Source of the DNA: an uncultured Alphaproteobacteria bacterium
GTDB taxonomy: Bacteria; Pseudomonadota; Alphaproteobacteria; HIMB59; GCA-002718135
Assembly: GCA_902588745.1 (NCBI GenBank)
Contig: CACIQI010000002.1
Location: forward strand, 137,519 to 201,518
Reading direction: 5' to 3'
Length of the DNA stretch: 64,000 nt
The notes under the pieces were generated by a model, which searched no databases, had not been told where the DNA came from, and worked only from the letters and a program-made list of their open reading frames with translations. A program made the position numbers and the translations under genes. Within the stretch, counting starts at the first letter, position 1, and each line of letters opens with the position of its first letter. Positions 27,580 to 38,078 of this stretch are shown here, piece by piece.

Positions 27580-28554
27580 TTAACTCAATTTTTTTTCACT
27601 TATAAATTTTATCAATAATTCTTCTATTAAGTTAATTTTTCTATCTTTCATATAGTCATTTATTTTTGACTTGTATATTTTATTATGTGGAACAGAAAAA
27701 AAAATATTAAGTAATGGACTAAGTAGTCTAAATATTGATTCAAAATCTAATTTTGGTTTTATATATTCAAAATAATTATTAATTATTGATTCATCTATCA
27801 GTAAACTTTTTTCTTTGAAAATTTTTTTATCAACTTCTTTTAATATAAACGGATTATTTTTAATTAATCTTCCAACCATTACACCATCAAATTCATTTAA
27901 TAGACTCTCTGCTTTATCAAGATTATTTATACCTCCATTGAGGATAAATGTTATTTTTGGATATTGATTTTTGATTTTTTTAACAAAGTCATAATTTAAG
28001 GGAGGTATTGTTCTATTACCTTGTGGAGTAATACCACTGAGTATTGCATTTCTTGCATGCACATAAATAAATTTTATTCCAGTTTTTGATATCTCATCAA
28101 TAAATTCTTCAAAGAATTCATAATTTAATTCTTTACCTAGTCCCAACCTACATTTTAAAGTGGCTTCAATCCTATCATTTTGTAAAGCTTCCATACAATT
28201 TCTAACAAGAATTTTATCTCTCATAAGACATGCACCAAAACTTCCTTTTTGTACTGCTTTGCTAGGACAACCAACATTTAAATTAATTTCATCATAATTA
28301 TAATCAATTGCTATTTTTGAAGCCTTAGCTAAATCCTCTATCTCAGAACCACCTACCTGAAGAGCAACAGGATTATTAAAGTCATTATCAATAATATTTT
28401 CCCTACTCTTTGAATAAATCAGTGATTTTGTTGCAATCATCTCACTAAATAAAAAACTATTATTTGATAAAATTCTATATAGTTTCCTGGCATATGGTGT
28501 TGTATATCCCATCATTGGCGCAACACAGAATTTTCTACTAATTTCCTTTTTCAT
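27580..28554 (-). CDS. dusA: tRNA-dihydrouridine synthase (DusA-like)
   Basis: 324 aa with VAPMMGYT, INLNVGCPS, HARNA and a TIM-barrel Dus pattern. Confidence 0.85.
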   Translation of the reverse strand: MKKEISRKFCVAPMMGYTTPYARKLYRILSNNSFLFSEMIATKSLIYSKSRENIIDNDFNNPVALQVGGSEIEDLAKASKIAIDYNYDEINLNVGCPSKAVQKGSFGACLMRDKILVRNCMEALQNDRIEATLKCRLGLGKELNYEFFEEFIDEISKTGIKFIYVHARNAILSGITPQGNRTIPPLNYDFVKKIKNQYPKITFILNGGINNLDKAESLLNEFDGVMVGRLIKNNPFILKEVDKKIFKEKSLLIDESIINNYFEYIKPKLDFESIFRLLSPLLNIFFSVPHNKIYKSKINDYMKDRKINLIEELLIKFISEKKLS

Positions 28555-28594
28555 TCAATTTTGCTATATAAATAATTTTTAAAATAATAATAAT

Positions 28595-29227
28595 ATGAAA
28601 ATACCAAAATTTTTAATTGAAAGATATCAATTCTGGAAAAAGAATACCTTTGAAGATTATAAAGACAAATACCAGCAAGCTTGTAAAACACAACAAAAAC
28701 CGATTGCTATGATTATTACTTGTTGTGATTCTAGAATTCTTGAAAATACGATATTTGGTGGAAATGTAGGAGATTATTTTATTCATAGAAATATCGCTAA
28801 TATTGTGCCTTCTAAAAATAATAAGGATCAAAATATACAAACATTATCTGCTATAGAATATGCATTAAAAGTGCTGAAAATTCCTAACTTAATTATTTTA
28901 GGACATTCAAATTGTGGTGGAGTTGAATATTCTTACAAAACATTATTAGATTCAAAAAATATAAATGATTTTGAATACATAAATCAATGGATAAGTTGTC
29001 TACAAAATTCTTACAAAAATATCCCTGATGATCTTCAAGAAACTGAAAAAATAACCTTTTTTGAGCAGGAAAATATAAAACAATCAATTAAAAATTTACG
29101 TGAATATAGTTTTATAGATAAATTAATTAAAGAAAATAAATTGAATATAGTTGGTTTGTGGTATCAAATTAGTTCTGGTTTAATCAAGTTTTTAGATAAT
29201 AATAATAGTTTTATAGACTTAGATTAA
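28595..29227 (+). CDS. Beta-class carbonic anhydrase
   Basis: 210 aa with ITCCDSRI and GHSNCGG zinc-ligand motifs. Confidence 0.9.
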   Translation: MKIPKFLIERYQFWKKNTFEDYKDKYQQACKTQQKPIAMIITCCDSRILENTIFGGNVGDYFIHRNIANIVPSKNNKDQNIQTLSAIEYALKVLKIPNLIILGHSNCGGVEYSYKTLLDSKNINDFEYINQWISCLQNSYKNIPDDLQETEKITFFEQENIKQSIKNLREYSFIDKLIKENKLNIVGLWYQISSGLIKFLDNNNSFIDLD

Positions 29228-30009
29228 TCGTAAGTAAATTTAGTACTAGGAAATTTTTTAAGCTTAACTTCTCGATTATATTTCTTAATTATATTGCTGG
29301 CAACTTTATTAAAATTAAAATAATTTTTTACAAATTTCGGTTTTTTATCATTTGTAGTTAGATTTATTAAATCATCAAATACCAAAACTTGACCATCACA
29401 ATATTTTGAAGCACCTATACCTATCGTAGGTATCGAAATATTTTCTGTAATTAGTTTAGCTGTATCGGTTGTAATACATTCTAACAATACTGCTTTAGCT
29501 CCAAGTGTTTCAGATTCTTTTGCTAACTTTAATAAATTTTGTTTTTCTTTATTAGTTTTTCCTAAAACTTTAATTTTATTAAAATTCTTATAACTCTGTG
29601 GTGTTACTCCTATATGAGAAATTATATTTATTTTTTTATCTACTAAGTGTTTTAAAACAACTAATTTTTTTTTACTAATTTCTATCTTCAATAGATCAGG
29701 CCTACAGTGATCTAAAAGTATTTTAGCATTTTTATACGCATCAATTTTATTATCATACGTTTTATAAGGCATATCTAATACTTTTAAACTTTTCTTAACT
29801 GCTTTATTTACAGCTGCTCCATGATTTTTCATCATATCCATTGTAACTCCTTGAGTATTATTCATCCCATAGAGTGTTGAACCAAGGGAGTCTCCAACTA
29901 GTATTAAATCAATTTTTCCATCTAAAATATTTGCAATTGTTGGAGAGTATGCAGTTAAACAGCTTATTGGTTTAGAAAAATTTCTGTGTAAAATTTTAAT
30001 TTTCTTCAT
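29224..30009 (-). CDS. panB: 3-methyl-2-oxobutanoate hydroxymethyltransferase
   Basis: 261 aa with LTAYS, LVGDSLG, K.E and HIGVTPQS patterns. Confidence 0.9.
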   Translation of the reverse strand: MKKIKILHRNFSKPISCLTAYSPTIANILDGKIDLILVGDSLGSTLYGMNNTQGVTMDMMKNHGAAVNKAVKKSLKVLDMPYKTYDNKIDAYKNAKILLDHCRPDLLKIEISKKKLVVLKHLVDKKINIISHIGVTPQSYKNFNKIKVLGKTNKEKQNLLKLAKESETLGAKAVLLECITTDTAKLITENISIPTIGIGASKYCDGQVLVFDDLINLTTNDKKPKFVKNYFNFNKVASNIIKKYNREVKLKKFPSTKFTYD

Positions 30010-30040
30010 TTTTAAACTTCAGTTAAACTTTTATTAAGAA

Positions 30041-31957
30041 TTAAACTTTTAATTTAAAATTTTTTATATCAATAATTTTATTTTCATAAAAATTATTAAT
30101 TTCTTTAATTATTGACTCCGTATCCATTTTAATATCTTGATATTGTTCATCAGGTGTCATATGTTCAACAAAACGATCTGGAAAAATTAAATTTTTTATT
30201 ACAACGTTATCTTTTTTTGATCTTATATTATGTACATAATGTAAAACATGAGATGAAAATCCACCTATAGAACCTTCTTCTATGGTTAAAATATACTTAT
30301 GATTAATTAATAAGTTATCTATTAATTGTGTGTCTAATGGTTTTGCAAATCTTGCATCTGCAATAGTAGGATAAATATTATTTTGATTAAGAAACTTACT
30401 AGCTTCAATACATTTTTCAAGCCTTGTTCCTAAATTTAAGATTGCAACATCACTACCTTCAATTAAAATATATCCCTTACCTATGTTAATATCTGTAGGC
30501 TGATTATTAAATAATTCATCTGATCCTGTTCCTCTTGGAAATCTAAAAGCAGACGGTGTATTATTAATATCGCAAGATAACTCTATCATTTTAGATAACT
30601 CTTTTTGGTTGCTAGGTGCCATAACTATAAAATTTGGCAATGTGGCCAAATAAGTAATATCAAATGAACCAGCATGAGTAGGACCATCTGATCCTACCAA
30701 TCCTGCTCTATCAATTGCAAATCTAACAGGTAATTTTTGAATAGCTACATCATGTACTATTTGATCGTAAGCTCTTTGTAAAAATGTTGAATAAATTGCA
30801 ACAAACGGTTTGAAACCCTCTGTAGCCAATCCAGCTGCCATTGTAACAGCATGTTGTTCAGCAATACCAACATCAAAAAATCTTTTTTCAAAATTTTGTT
30901 GGAATAATTTTAACCCTGTGCCAGACATCATAGCAGCTGTTATTGCTACAATTTTTTCATCATTTTCAGCAAGTTGTGTTAGCTTTTCTCCAAAGACATT
31001 TGAGTAAGATTTTAAATTTGTTTTTTTTACTGAATTACCTGTATTAATATCAAACTTTTCTACACCATGAAATTTATCTTCTGACTTTTCTGCGGGACTA
31101 TATCCTTTGCCTTTTTTAGTTATACAATGGAGAAAAACTGGTTTATCAAATTTATTATCTCTTATATTTTCTAAAACATTTACCAAGTTATTTACATTAT
31201 GCCCATCTATCGGACCAAGATAATAAAAACCTAATTCTTCAAATAAAGTACCGCCAGAAATAAACCCCTTAGAATATTCTTCAGTACGAGAAAGAGTTTC
31301 AGTAATATTTTTCGGAAAGGTTTTACTAATTTTTTTTATAATATTTCTTAAACTTGAATAAGATTTAGATGATAGTAACTTTGTAAGATATGTACTCATA
31401 GCGCCTACTGGTTTATCAATTGACATTTTATTATCATTAAGAATAACAATTAAACCTTTTTTTTGAGCACCAGCATTATTAAGCCCCTCAAATGCCAAGC
31501 CAGCACTTAAGGCACCATCTCCAACAACACATATAACTTTTGCATTATCTTTATTTATATCTTTTGCAGCTTTTATTCCTAATCCTGCTGAAACTGCTGT
31601 TGAACTATGAGCTGTACCAAATGGATCATATTCACTTTCTGATCTTCTAACAAACCCATACACCCCATCTTTTTTTCTCAGTGTCTCAATATTTTTTTTT
31701 CTACCTGTAATAATTTTATGAGGATACGCTTGATGTCCTACATCCCAAATTAATTTGTCATGTGGAGTGTTAAAGACATAGTGGATTGCTACAGTTAATT
31801 CAACAACACCTAATCCAGCACCTAGATGACCACCAGTTTTTGAGACAGTCTCAATTGTTTTAGCTCTTAATTCTTCTGAGATTTGCTTTAGATCTTTCTT
31901 TTTAAATTCTCTTAAGTCGGATGGAAAATTAATTTTATTTAAAAGCTCATAATCCAT
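30041..31957 (-). CDS. dxs: 1-deoxy-D-xylulose-5-phosphate synthase
   Basis: 638 aa with GGHLGAGLGVVELT, DVGHQAYPHKIITGR, GDGALSAG and DRAGLVGSDGPTH. Confidence 0.97.
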   Translation of the reverse strand: MDYELLNKINFPSDLREFKKKDLKQISEELRAKTIETVSKTGGHLGAGLGVVELTVAIHYVFNTPHDKLIWDVGHQAYPHKIITGRKKNIETLRKKDGVYGFVRRSESEYDPFGTAHSSTAVSAGLGIKAAKDINKDNAKVICVVGDGALSAGLAFEGLNNAGAQKKGLIVILNDNKMSIDKPVGAMSTYLTKLLSSKSYSSLRNIIKKISKTFPKNITETLSRTEEYSKGFISGGTLFEELGFYYLGPIDGHNVNNLVNVLENIRDNKFDKPVFLHCITKKGKGYSPAEKSEDKFHGVEKFDINTGNSVKKTNLKSYSNVFGEKLTQLAENDEKIVAITAAMMSGTGLKLFQQNFEKRFFDVGIAEQHAVTMAAGLATEGFKPFVAIYSTFLQRAYDQIVHDVAIQKLPVRFAIDRAGLVGSDGPTHAGSFDITYLATLPNFIVMAPSNQKELSKMIELSCDINNTPSAFRFPRGTGSDELFNNQPTDINIGKGYILIEGSDVAILNLGTRLEKCIEASKFLNQNNIYPTIADARFAKPLDTQLIDNLLINHKYILTIEEGSIGGFSSHVLHYVHNIRSKKDNVVIKNLIFPDRFVEHMTPDEQYQDIKMDTESIIKEINNFYENKIIDIKNFKLKV

Positions 31958-32139
31958 AACTTAGTTTACTATTTTTGCGTAGATTTGATATTTTAATATC
32001 TCAAAAATAACAAGAGTTTGTGGAAAGATTTTATTAAAGAACGAGAAATATTTAAGTTTTTTTTCTAAAATTATAAAACATAAATTTTAAAGTCAAAATC
32101 ACTAGACTTTTTAGAATATAAAAACTAATTACTATAATA

Positions 32140-33378
32140 ATGATTTACGATGTAGATTCAAAAAAAATTGATAAACTTGCATACTTATCAATTAAAAGAG
32201 GAGTCGCACTTCAAAAAGGTCAAAACCTTTTAATAACAGCACCATTAGAGTCTTTGCCCTTGGTTAGAAAAATAGTTGAATATGCTTACAAAGAAGGTGC
32301 TGGACTAGTTACACCACTTTTTAACGATTCTGATATTACATTGTCACGATTTAAGTATGGAAATGATGAATCTTTTAATGTTGCAGCAAATTGGCTTTAT
32401 AATGGAATGGGTGAGGCTTTTGATAACAATACAGCTAGAATGGCAATTGCTGGTGATGATCCCATGCTATTATCTGAAATTGATCCTGATAAAGTTTCGC
32501 GTGCCAATAAAGCTAATGCTGTCGCATATAAACCAGCTAGAGAAAGAATTACAGAATTTAAAATTAATTGGAATATAATTTCGTGGCCAGGAAAAGCATG
32601 GGCAAAAAGAGTTTTTCCAAATCTTGATGATAGTGAAGCTATTAAAAAATTAGGAGATGCAATATTTCATGCATCAAGAGTTAGTAATGATGATCCTGTA
32701 AGTGAATGGGACAAACACAATAAAAATTTAAGAGATAAAACAGATTGGTTAAATACTAAAAATTTTCATTCTTTAAAATATTCAGGCCCTGGAACATCCT
32801 TAACTGTAGGTCTTGCTGATGATCATGAGTGGATGGGAGGCGCATCAGAGGCACTGAATGGTATTGTTTGTAATCCAAATATCCCATCTGAAGAAGTATT
32901 CACAACTCCTCATGCTAGTCGTGTAAGTGGCGAAGTTTGCTCAACCAAACCTCTATCTTATCAAGGAACACTAATCGAAGATATTAATGTTCGCTTTGAA
33001 GAAGGTAAAATTGTTGATGCAAAATCTTCTAAAGGACAAGATGTTCTATTAAAAGTTCTCGATTCTGATGAGGGTTCAAGAAGACTTGGTGAAGTAGCCT
33101 TAGTTCCAAATAGTTCACCTATTTCACAATTAGGAATAACTTTTTATAACACTCTATTTGATGAAAATGCTGCTTCTCACATTGCTTTAGGACAGTGTTA
33201 CTCAAAATGTTTCAAATCCAAAAAAGATTTATCGAAAGAAGAGATTACTCAAAGAGGTGGTAATTCAAGCATGATACATATTGATTGGATGATTGGCTCA
33301 GGTAAAATTGATGTCGATGGTGTTGATAAAAATGGTGCTGTTACACCAATATTTAAACAAGGAGAATGGTGTAACTAG
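32140..33378 (+). CDS. M29 family aminopeptidase (AmpS/PepS-like)
   Basis: 412 aa with EEVFTTP, LGEVALVP, FYNTLFDENAASHIALG and HIDWMIG. Confidence 0.9.
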   Translation: MIYDVDSKKIDKLAYLSIKRGVALQKGQNLLITAPLESLPLVRKIVEYAYKEGAGLVTPLFNDSDITLSRFKYGNDESFNVAANWLYNGMGEAFDNNTARMAIAGDDPMLLSEIDPDKVSRANKANAVAYKPARERITEFKINWNIISWPGKAWAKRVFPNLDDSEAIKKLGDAIFHASRVSNDDPVSEWDKHNKNLRDKTDWLNTKNFHSLKYSGPGTSLTVGLADDHEWMGGASEALNGIVCNPNIPSEEVFTTPHASRVSGEVCSTKPLSYQGTLIEDINVRFEEGKIVDAKSSKGQDVLLKVLDSDEGSRRLGEVALVPNSSPISQLGITFYNTLFDENAASHIALGQCYSKCFKSKKDLSKEEITQRGGNSSMIHIDWMIGSGKIDVDGVDKNGAVTPIFKQGEWCN

Positions 33379-33383
33379 TTTTG

Positions 33384-33506
33384 CTATTCTTTTAAATAAG
33401 GTCCAAAGCTAAGATCTAAACCTACACCAACTCTAGCTAATGAATAAATAATAACTAAGAAAAAAATTACTATAACTAAGTTTCGTATAATCTTTTTTTC
33501 ATCCAT
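33384..33506 (-). CDS. Candidate 40-aa single-pass membrane peptide (below the ORF-track cutoff)
   Basis: Hand-translated as MDEKKIIRNLVIVIFFLVIIYSLARVGVGLDLSFGPYLKE. Its ATG is 4 nt after the stop of the upstream MFS gene on the same strand. No SD and no known family. Confidence 0.3.
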   Translation of the reverse strand: MDEKKIIRNLVIVIFFLVIIYSLARVGVGLDLSFGPYLKE

Positions 33507-33510
33507 AAAA

Positions 33511-34764
33511 TTACGCTGTTTGAATATTTTTATTAGATAACGGTTTTTCTTTAATTGGTAAATGGATTATTGCAGAAAAAGCACCTACTCCTATTCCAAC
33601 CCACCATACAATATCATAACTTCCATAGATATCATAAAATAGACCACCTAACCAAACACCTACAAAAGATCCTAGTTGATGAGAAAAAAATACAATGCCA
33701 TATAATGTACCCATAAATTTTAATCCATAAATATGACCTATAATTCCTGAAGTTAAAGGAACTGTTGCTAACCATAAAGCACCCATAACTATTGAAAATA
33801 TTGCAATAGATGTTGGTGTAATAGGTAGTAAGATAAATAAAATTGCCGCTATAGTCCTTCCAGTGTAAATTAAAGATAAAAGATATTTCTTATAATGTCC
33901 CTTTCCTAAAGCTCCAGCAACCAAACAACCAATTATATTAAACAATCCTATAAGAGCCATAGATAATGCTCCTAAACCTTCTACAGAACTACAAACCAAA
34001 CTTATTAAACTTCCTTCTATAATTGGACTACTAGATTCAACAATAAATGCTGGAAAATGTGCAGTAATAAATGCTAACTGAAAGCCGCAAGAAAAAAAAC
34101 CAAAGAACAACATTGAGTATGTTGGATCTTTTAATGCAACAAATACAGCATCAGTAATTTTTTCATTTTCATTATTAATATTTGTATTTGATAATTCTGT
34201 TTTTAAAATTGGAACAAGGATCAGTGTTATTAATAATATAATTGAAAAGATTTCAAACACTGAATACCAAGGCAAAAATGATAATAGAAAAGAAGCAAGT
34301 GGTGGACCAACCACTTGTCCAGCCGATCCTGCAGCAGTTGTAATACCTAGTGCTAAAGATCTTCTTTCTGGAGATGTGGCTCTTCCAACTACTGCTAAAA
34401 TTGGACCAAAACCACTACCAGCTATACCAAAACCAATTAGTAAGTTTAAAGTTTGATGCGCCTCTGGAGTTGTAGCAGTACTACTTATGAAAATTCCAAT
34501 TGAATAAAGAATTAAGCCCAGCGCTATTGCTTTTCTATCACCATATTTTTCAGCAAAAGCACTAAAAAGCGGAGTGCCTACACCCCAAGCTAAATTTTGA
34601 ATAGCAATGGCAAGAGAAAATTCTGAACGGTTCCATAAAAAATCAGACGCAATAGGAATTTGAAATAGGCCAAATGTTGAACGAATTGCAAAACTTATTA
34701 AAAGAATTAAACTCCCTCCAATTAGAATAGGAGTAAATACAGAATTAATTCTCTCTTCTTTCAT
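33511..34764 (-). CDS. MFS transporter
   Basis: 417 aa with about 12 TM segments and G..YGDRKA in the loop 2-3 position. Confidence 0.85.
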   Translation of the reverse strand: MKEERINSVFTPILIGGSLILLISFAIRSTFGLFQIPIASDFLWNRSEFSLAIAIQNLAWGVGTPLFSAFAEKYGDRKAIALGLILYSIGIFISSTATTPEAHQTLNLLIGFGIAGSGFGPILAVVGRATSPERRSLALGITTAAGSAGQVVGPPLASFLLSFLPWYSVFEIFSIILLITLILVPILKTELSNTNINNENEKITDAVFVALKDPTYSMLFFGFFSCGFQLAFITAHFPAFIVESSSPIIEGSLISLVCSSVEGLGALSMALIGLFNIIGCLVAGALGKGHYKKYLLSLIYTGRTIAAILFILLPITPTSIAIFSIVMGALWLATVPLTSGIIGHIYGLKFMGTLYGIVFFSHQLGSFVGVWLGGLFYDIYGSYDIVWWVGIGVGAFSAIIHLPIKEKPLSNKNIQTA

Positions 34765-34814
34765 ATTTTACTAGATAACAGTAAGAAATTATATTTCTAG
34801 AATTTATATTATTA

Positions 34815-35285
34815 TTAAATCGTATTATTTAATTCTGTCTTTTCGTTTTCTTCTTTTTCAGGAACTACATACGCAACAGCACAATGATCTAAACAATAAG
34901 GCTTATCTTCAAATCTATCTTTACCACAAAAACGAAAGTCCGCTTCATCAGGATGACCTTCAGGCCATTCACAACCTCTCTTTGGAGCTGCAGTGAATAT
35001 ATTTTTAACCACCGGTTGGAAAAAAGCAGGCTCTGTAGAGACAATGTCTGGTTCTTTGGTGCTTTCAAAATTTAATTTTGGCATTACTGGAGATCTAGCT
35101 TTTTTTCGATCAGGCTTAACGGCTGTTCTTCTTATAGGTGACGGTCTTCTCTCGAGTCCAATTCTATGAGCTTTTCCAACCACTGCATTTTTGGTGAAAC
35201 CTAATAATTTTCCAATTTGAGCTGTTGGTAGACCTTGGTCCCATAAATCTCTAAGTTTTGCTACATTATTATCATCCCAAGGCAT
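34815..35285 (-). CDS. gcrA: Cell-cycle transcriptional regulator GcrA
   Basis: 156 aa with N-terminal W.D..V..L..LW..GL...QIG..LG.TKNAVVGKAHRIGL and a C-terminal CEWP...F.FCG....KPYC..H motif. Confidence 0.88.
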   Translation of the reverse strand: MPWDDNNVAKLRDLWDQGLPTAQIGKLLGFTKNAVVGKAHRIGLERRPSPIRRTAVKPDRKKARSPVMPKLNFESTKEPDIVSTEPAFFQPVVKNIFTAAPKRGCEWPEGHPDEADFRFCGKDRFEDKPYCLDHCAVAYVVPEKEENEKTELNNTI

Positions 35286-35423
35286 GTTTAAACTCCATTA
35301 CTACATTTAGTAGCTTAAAAAAGGTTTAATATACTAAATATATGTATTAAAAAAGATAAAACTGCAAATTTTTAAAAAAAATCAATGATTTCCAGCATTT
35401 TTTTTATATACATGTGAATAGAA

Positions 35424-36620
35424 ATGAAAGAATTAAAAGATCTAGACTGTAAAAATAAAAAAATAATTGTTCGAGTTGATTTAAACGTACCAGTTTTGGA
35501 AGGGACAATTACAGATCATTCAAGAATTAATGCTATTTTACCAACACTAGAAAAATTAATTAAAAATAAAAATAAGATATTCTTAATTGCTCATTTTGGC
35601 CGACCTAAAGGTCAAGTTAATAAAACATATTCCATAGAGTTTTTATGTTCAGATTTAAAAAAATTTTTAAATTTAAACACTATTCATTTTTTAGCTAACT
35701 TTGAAAAAAAAATAATTGAGACAAAAATTGCTGAAATGGACATGGGGGAAATTTGTCTATTAGAAAATATTCGTTTTAATGCTGAAGAAGAAAAAAATGA
35801 TCTTAATTTTTCAAAATTATTAGCTTCTAGTTTTGACATATATATTAATGACGCGTTTTCTGCATCTCATCGTAATCACGCATCTATAGTAGGTATTACT
35901 AAATACTTACCTTCATACGCTGGATTAAGTTTCTCAAAAGAAATTGAAAATTTAGATAAATTTTTAGAAAATTCAAATAAACCAAATTTAGCAATTATAG
36001 GCGGCTCAAAAGTTTCAACAAAAATAAAAGTTTTAGAAAATATAGTTGAAATTTTTGACTCTTTAGTGATTGGTGGTGCAATGGCTAATACCTTTTTGCT
36101 ATCAAATAATTATAACGTTGGTTCTTCTTTGGTAGAAAATGATTTTATTGAACTATCAAAAAAGATACAAAAAAAAGCAGAATCAAAAAATTGCAAAATA
36201 CTTTTACCAATTGATGCTGTTTGCTCAAAAACAATAGAAGATAGAGTAAATGTTAAGACTTATTTAATCAATAATATTCCAAATGACCAAATGATATTAG
36301 ACGTTGGTGAACAAACAACAAAATTAATTTCAGATGAAATATTAAAATCTAAATCAATTTTATGGAATGGACCTTTAGGCGCATTTGAGTATAGTCCATT
36401 TGATAAAAGTACAATTTCAGTTGCAAATATTATACAAAATTATTCAAGTAAATTTCAATTAGATGCTCTAGCAGGAGGAGGAGATACACTTGCAGCAATA
36501 AAAAAAGCTAAAGCCAATGATGCATTTAAATATTTATCTACAGCTGGGGGCGCATTTTTAGAGTGGCTTGAGGGAAATAAATCACCAGGATTTATAGCAT
36601 TAAGAGAGAACAATTTTTAA
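35424..36620 (+). CDS. pgk: Phosphoglycerate kinase
   Basis: 398 aa with VRVDLNVP, RFN.EE, NDAFSASHR and GGGDT. Confidence 0.97.
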   Translation: MKELKDLDCKNKKIIVRVDLNVPVLEGTITDHSRINAILPTLEKLIKNKNKIFLIAHFGRPKGQVNKTYSIEFLCSDLKKFLNLNTIHFLANFEKKIIETKIAEMDMGEICLLENIRFNAEEEKNDLNFSKLLASSFDIYINDAFSASHRNHASIVGITKYLPSYAGLSFSKEIENLDKFLENSNKPNLAIIGGSKVSTKIKVLENIVEIFDSLVIGGAMANTFLLSNNYNVGSSLVENDFIELSKKIQKKAESKNCKILLPIDAVCSKTIEDRVNVKTYLINNIPNDQMILDVGEQTTKLISDEILKSKSILWNGPLGAFEYSPFDKSTISVANIIQNYSSKFQLDALAGGGDTLAAIKKAKANDAFKYLSTAGGAFLEWLEGNKSPGFIALRENNF

Positions 36621-36621
36621 T

Positions 36622-37161
36622 TTAATCTTCAATTTGATATTTTTTAATTAAAGGGAATTGTGTCATAGTAAAAATAAACGTTATTGGCAAGATACCAAAA
36701 ACTTTAAAATTTACCCAAACATCAGTACTTTGTGTTCTCCAAACAATTTCATTTAAAACTGCAAGTGCAACAAAAAAAGCAATCCATCTCTGAGTTAATA
36801 TTCTCCATCCATCTTCTTCTAGTTTAAGCGCAGCACCTAAAAGATACTTTAATAGAGGTTTTTTAACAATCACTCCTCCATATAAAATTAATGCGAAGAC
36901 CATATTTATTATTGTTGGTTTCATTTTAATAAAAATTTCATTATTAAAATAAATTGTTAGACCTCCAAATATTAATACAATCGCAGCCCCAAGAGTTGGC
37001 ATAATTGGTATTTTTTTCTCAAGTATATATGAAATGATTACTGAAATTACAGTTGCAATCATAAGAGGAAGTATTGCCTCTTGAAGACCACTCCTTGTAT
37101 AAAAAATAAAGAATACTGCAAGCGGTCCTATATCAATTAATAATTTATAAACTGACTTCAT
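36622..37161 (-). CDS. yciB: Intracellular septation protein A (YciB/IspZ)
   Basis: 179 aa with 5 TM segments. It begins LLIDIGPLAVFFIFY and sits in the conserved position after ftsY. Confidence 0.85.
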   Translation of the reverse strand: MKSVYKLLIDIGPLAVFFIFYTRSGLQEAILPLMIATVISVIISYILEKKIPIMPTLGAAIVLIFGGLTIYFNNEIFIKMKPTIINMVFALILYGGVIVKKPLLKYLLGAALKLEEDGWRILTQRWIAFFVALAVLNEIVWRTQSTDVWVNFKVFGILPITFIFTMTQFPLIKKYQIED

Positions 37162-38078
37162 TTTTGTTCTTCTAGATTTAAAATAGACCTAGCAAAGTTT
37201 TGAGAATTAAAGGTTACAAGGTCCTCAATACTTTCTCCAAGACCAACATAGCTTATAGGGATTTCAAATTTATTTGCAATTGAAATTAATGCTCCGCCTT
37301 TTGCTGTTCCATCCAATTTAGTTATTATAAGACTTGATACATTAAGTTCATTTCCAAAGATTTCCACTTGCTTAATCATGTTCGAACCATTCGTTCCATC
37401 TAAAACTAACACAGTTTCAATATTAAAAGAGGAATTAACTTTTGAGATAACATTCTTCAATTTAATTAGCTGATTAATGAGGTTAGTATTATTTGATAAT
37501 CTTCCAGCAGTATCTATAAGTAAAAAATCATAATTTTTTTTTCCAAATGCTTCAGTTGCCTGATACGCTACGCTTGCTGGATCTTGATTACTTTTTCCAG
37601 CGATAAAACCATTATTATTTTTTTTAGCCCAATTTTCCAACTGCTCAACAGCTGCTGCCCTAAATGTATCACAAGCCGCAATCAGAATTTTTTTATTTGA
37701 TAAAATTTTATTTGCAATTTTACCAATAGTGGTTGTCTTTCCACTTCCGTTTACTCCAACAAATAATAATATTTTTTTTTCATCATTTTTTTCATTTATC
37801 AGAACATGTTCTCTTGGAAGTAATATACTTTCTATATTTTGAGCTAAGATTTCTAATACATTTTTTATTCCATCATCATTTGAAATTTTTATTTTTTTTA
37901 TAGAATCTATTAGCTGATTTACAACATCCAAACTAATATCAGATGAAATAAGAACATTTTCTAATTCTTCTAAAGTTAAATCGTCTATTTTTTTGTTTTT
38001 TAAAATCTCTAAAATATTAAAAGAAAGTATATTTGAAGTTTTACTTAACTTATCTTTAAATATAGAGAACAAACTCAT
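37158..38078 (-). CDS. ftsY: Signal recognition particle receptor FtsY
   Basis: 306 aa with GVNGSGKTTTIGK, DTFRAAA, DTAGR and TKLDGTAKGG. Confidence 0.95.
   Translation of the reverse strand: MSLFSIFKDKLSKTSNILSFNILEILKNKKIDDLTLEELENVLISSDISLDVVNQLIDSIKKIKISNDDGIKNVLEILAQNIESILLPREHVLINEKNDEKKILLFVGVNGSGKTTTIGKIANKILSNKKILIAACDTFRAAAVEQLENWAKKNNNGFIAGKSNQDPASVAYQATEAFGKKNYDFLLIDTAGRLSNNTNLINQLIKLKNVISKVNSSFNIETVLVLDGTNGSNMIKQVEIFGNELNVSSLIITKLDGTAKGGALISIANKFEIPISYVGLGESIEDLVTFNSQNFARSILNLEEQK

Noticed and set aside
31987-32000. A perfect 14-bp palindrome GATATTTTAATATC in the dxs/pepS divergent spacer, as a possible operator.
   Set aside because: It is all A/T apart from the terminal G/C. 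Such palindromes are expected by chance in a ~180-nt spacer of this composition, and no matching regulator or second site was seen.
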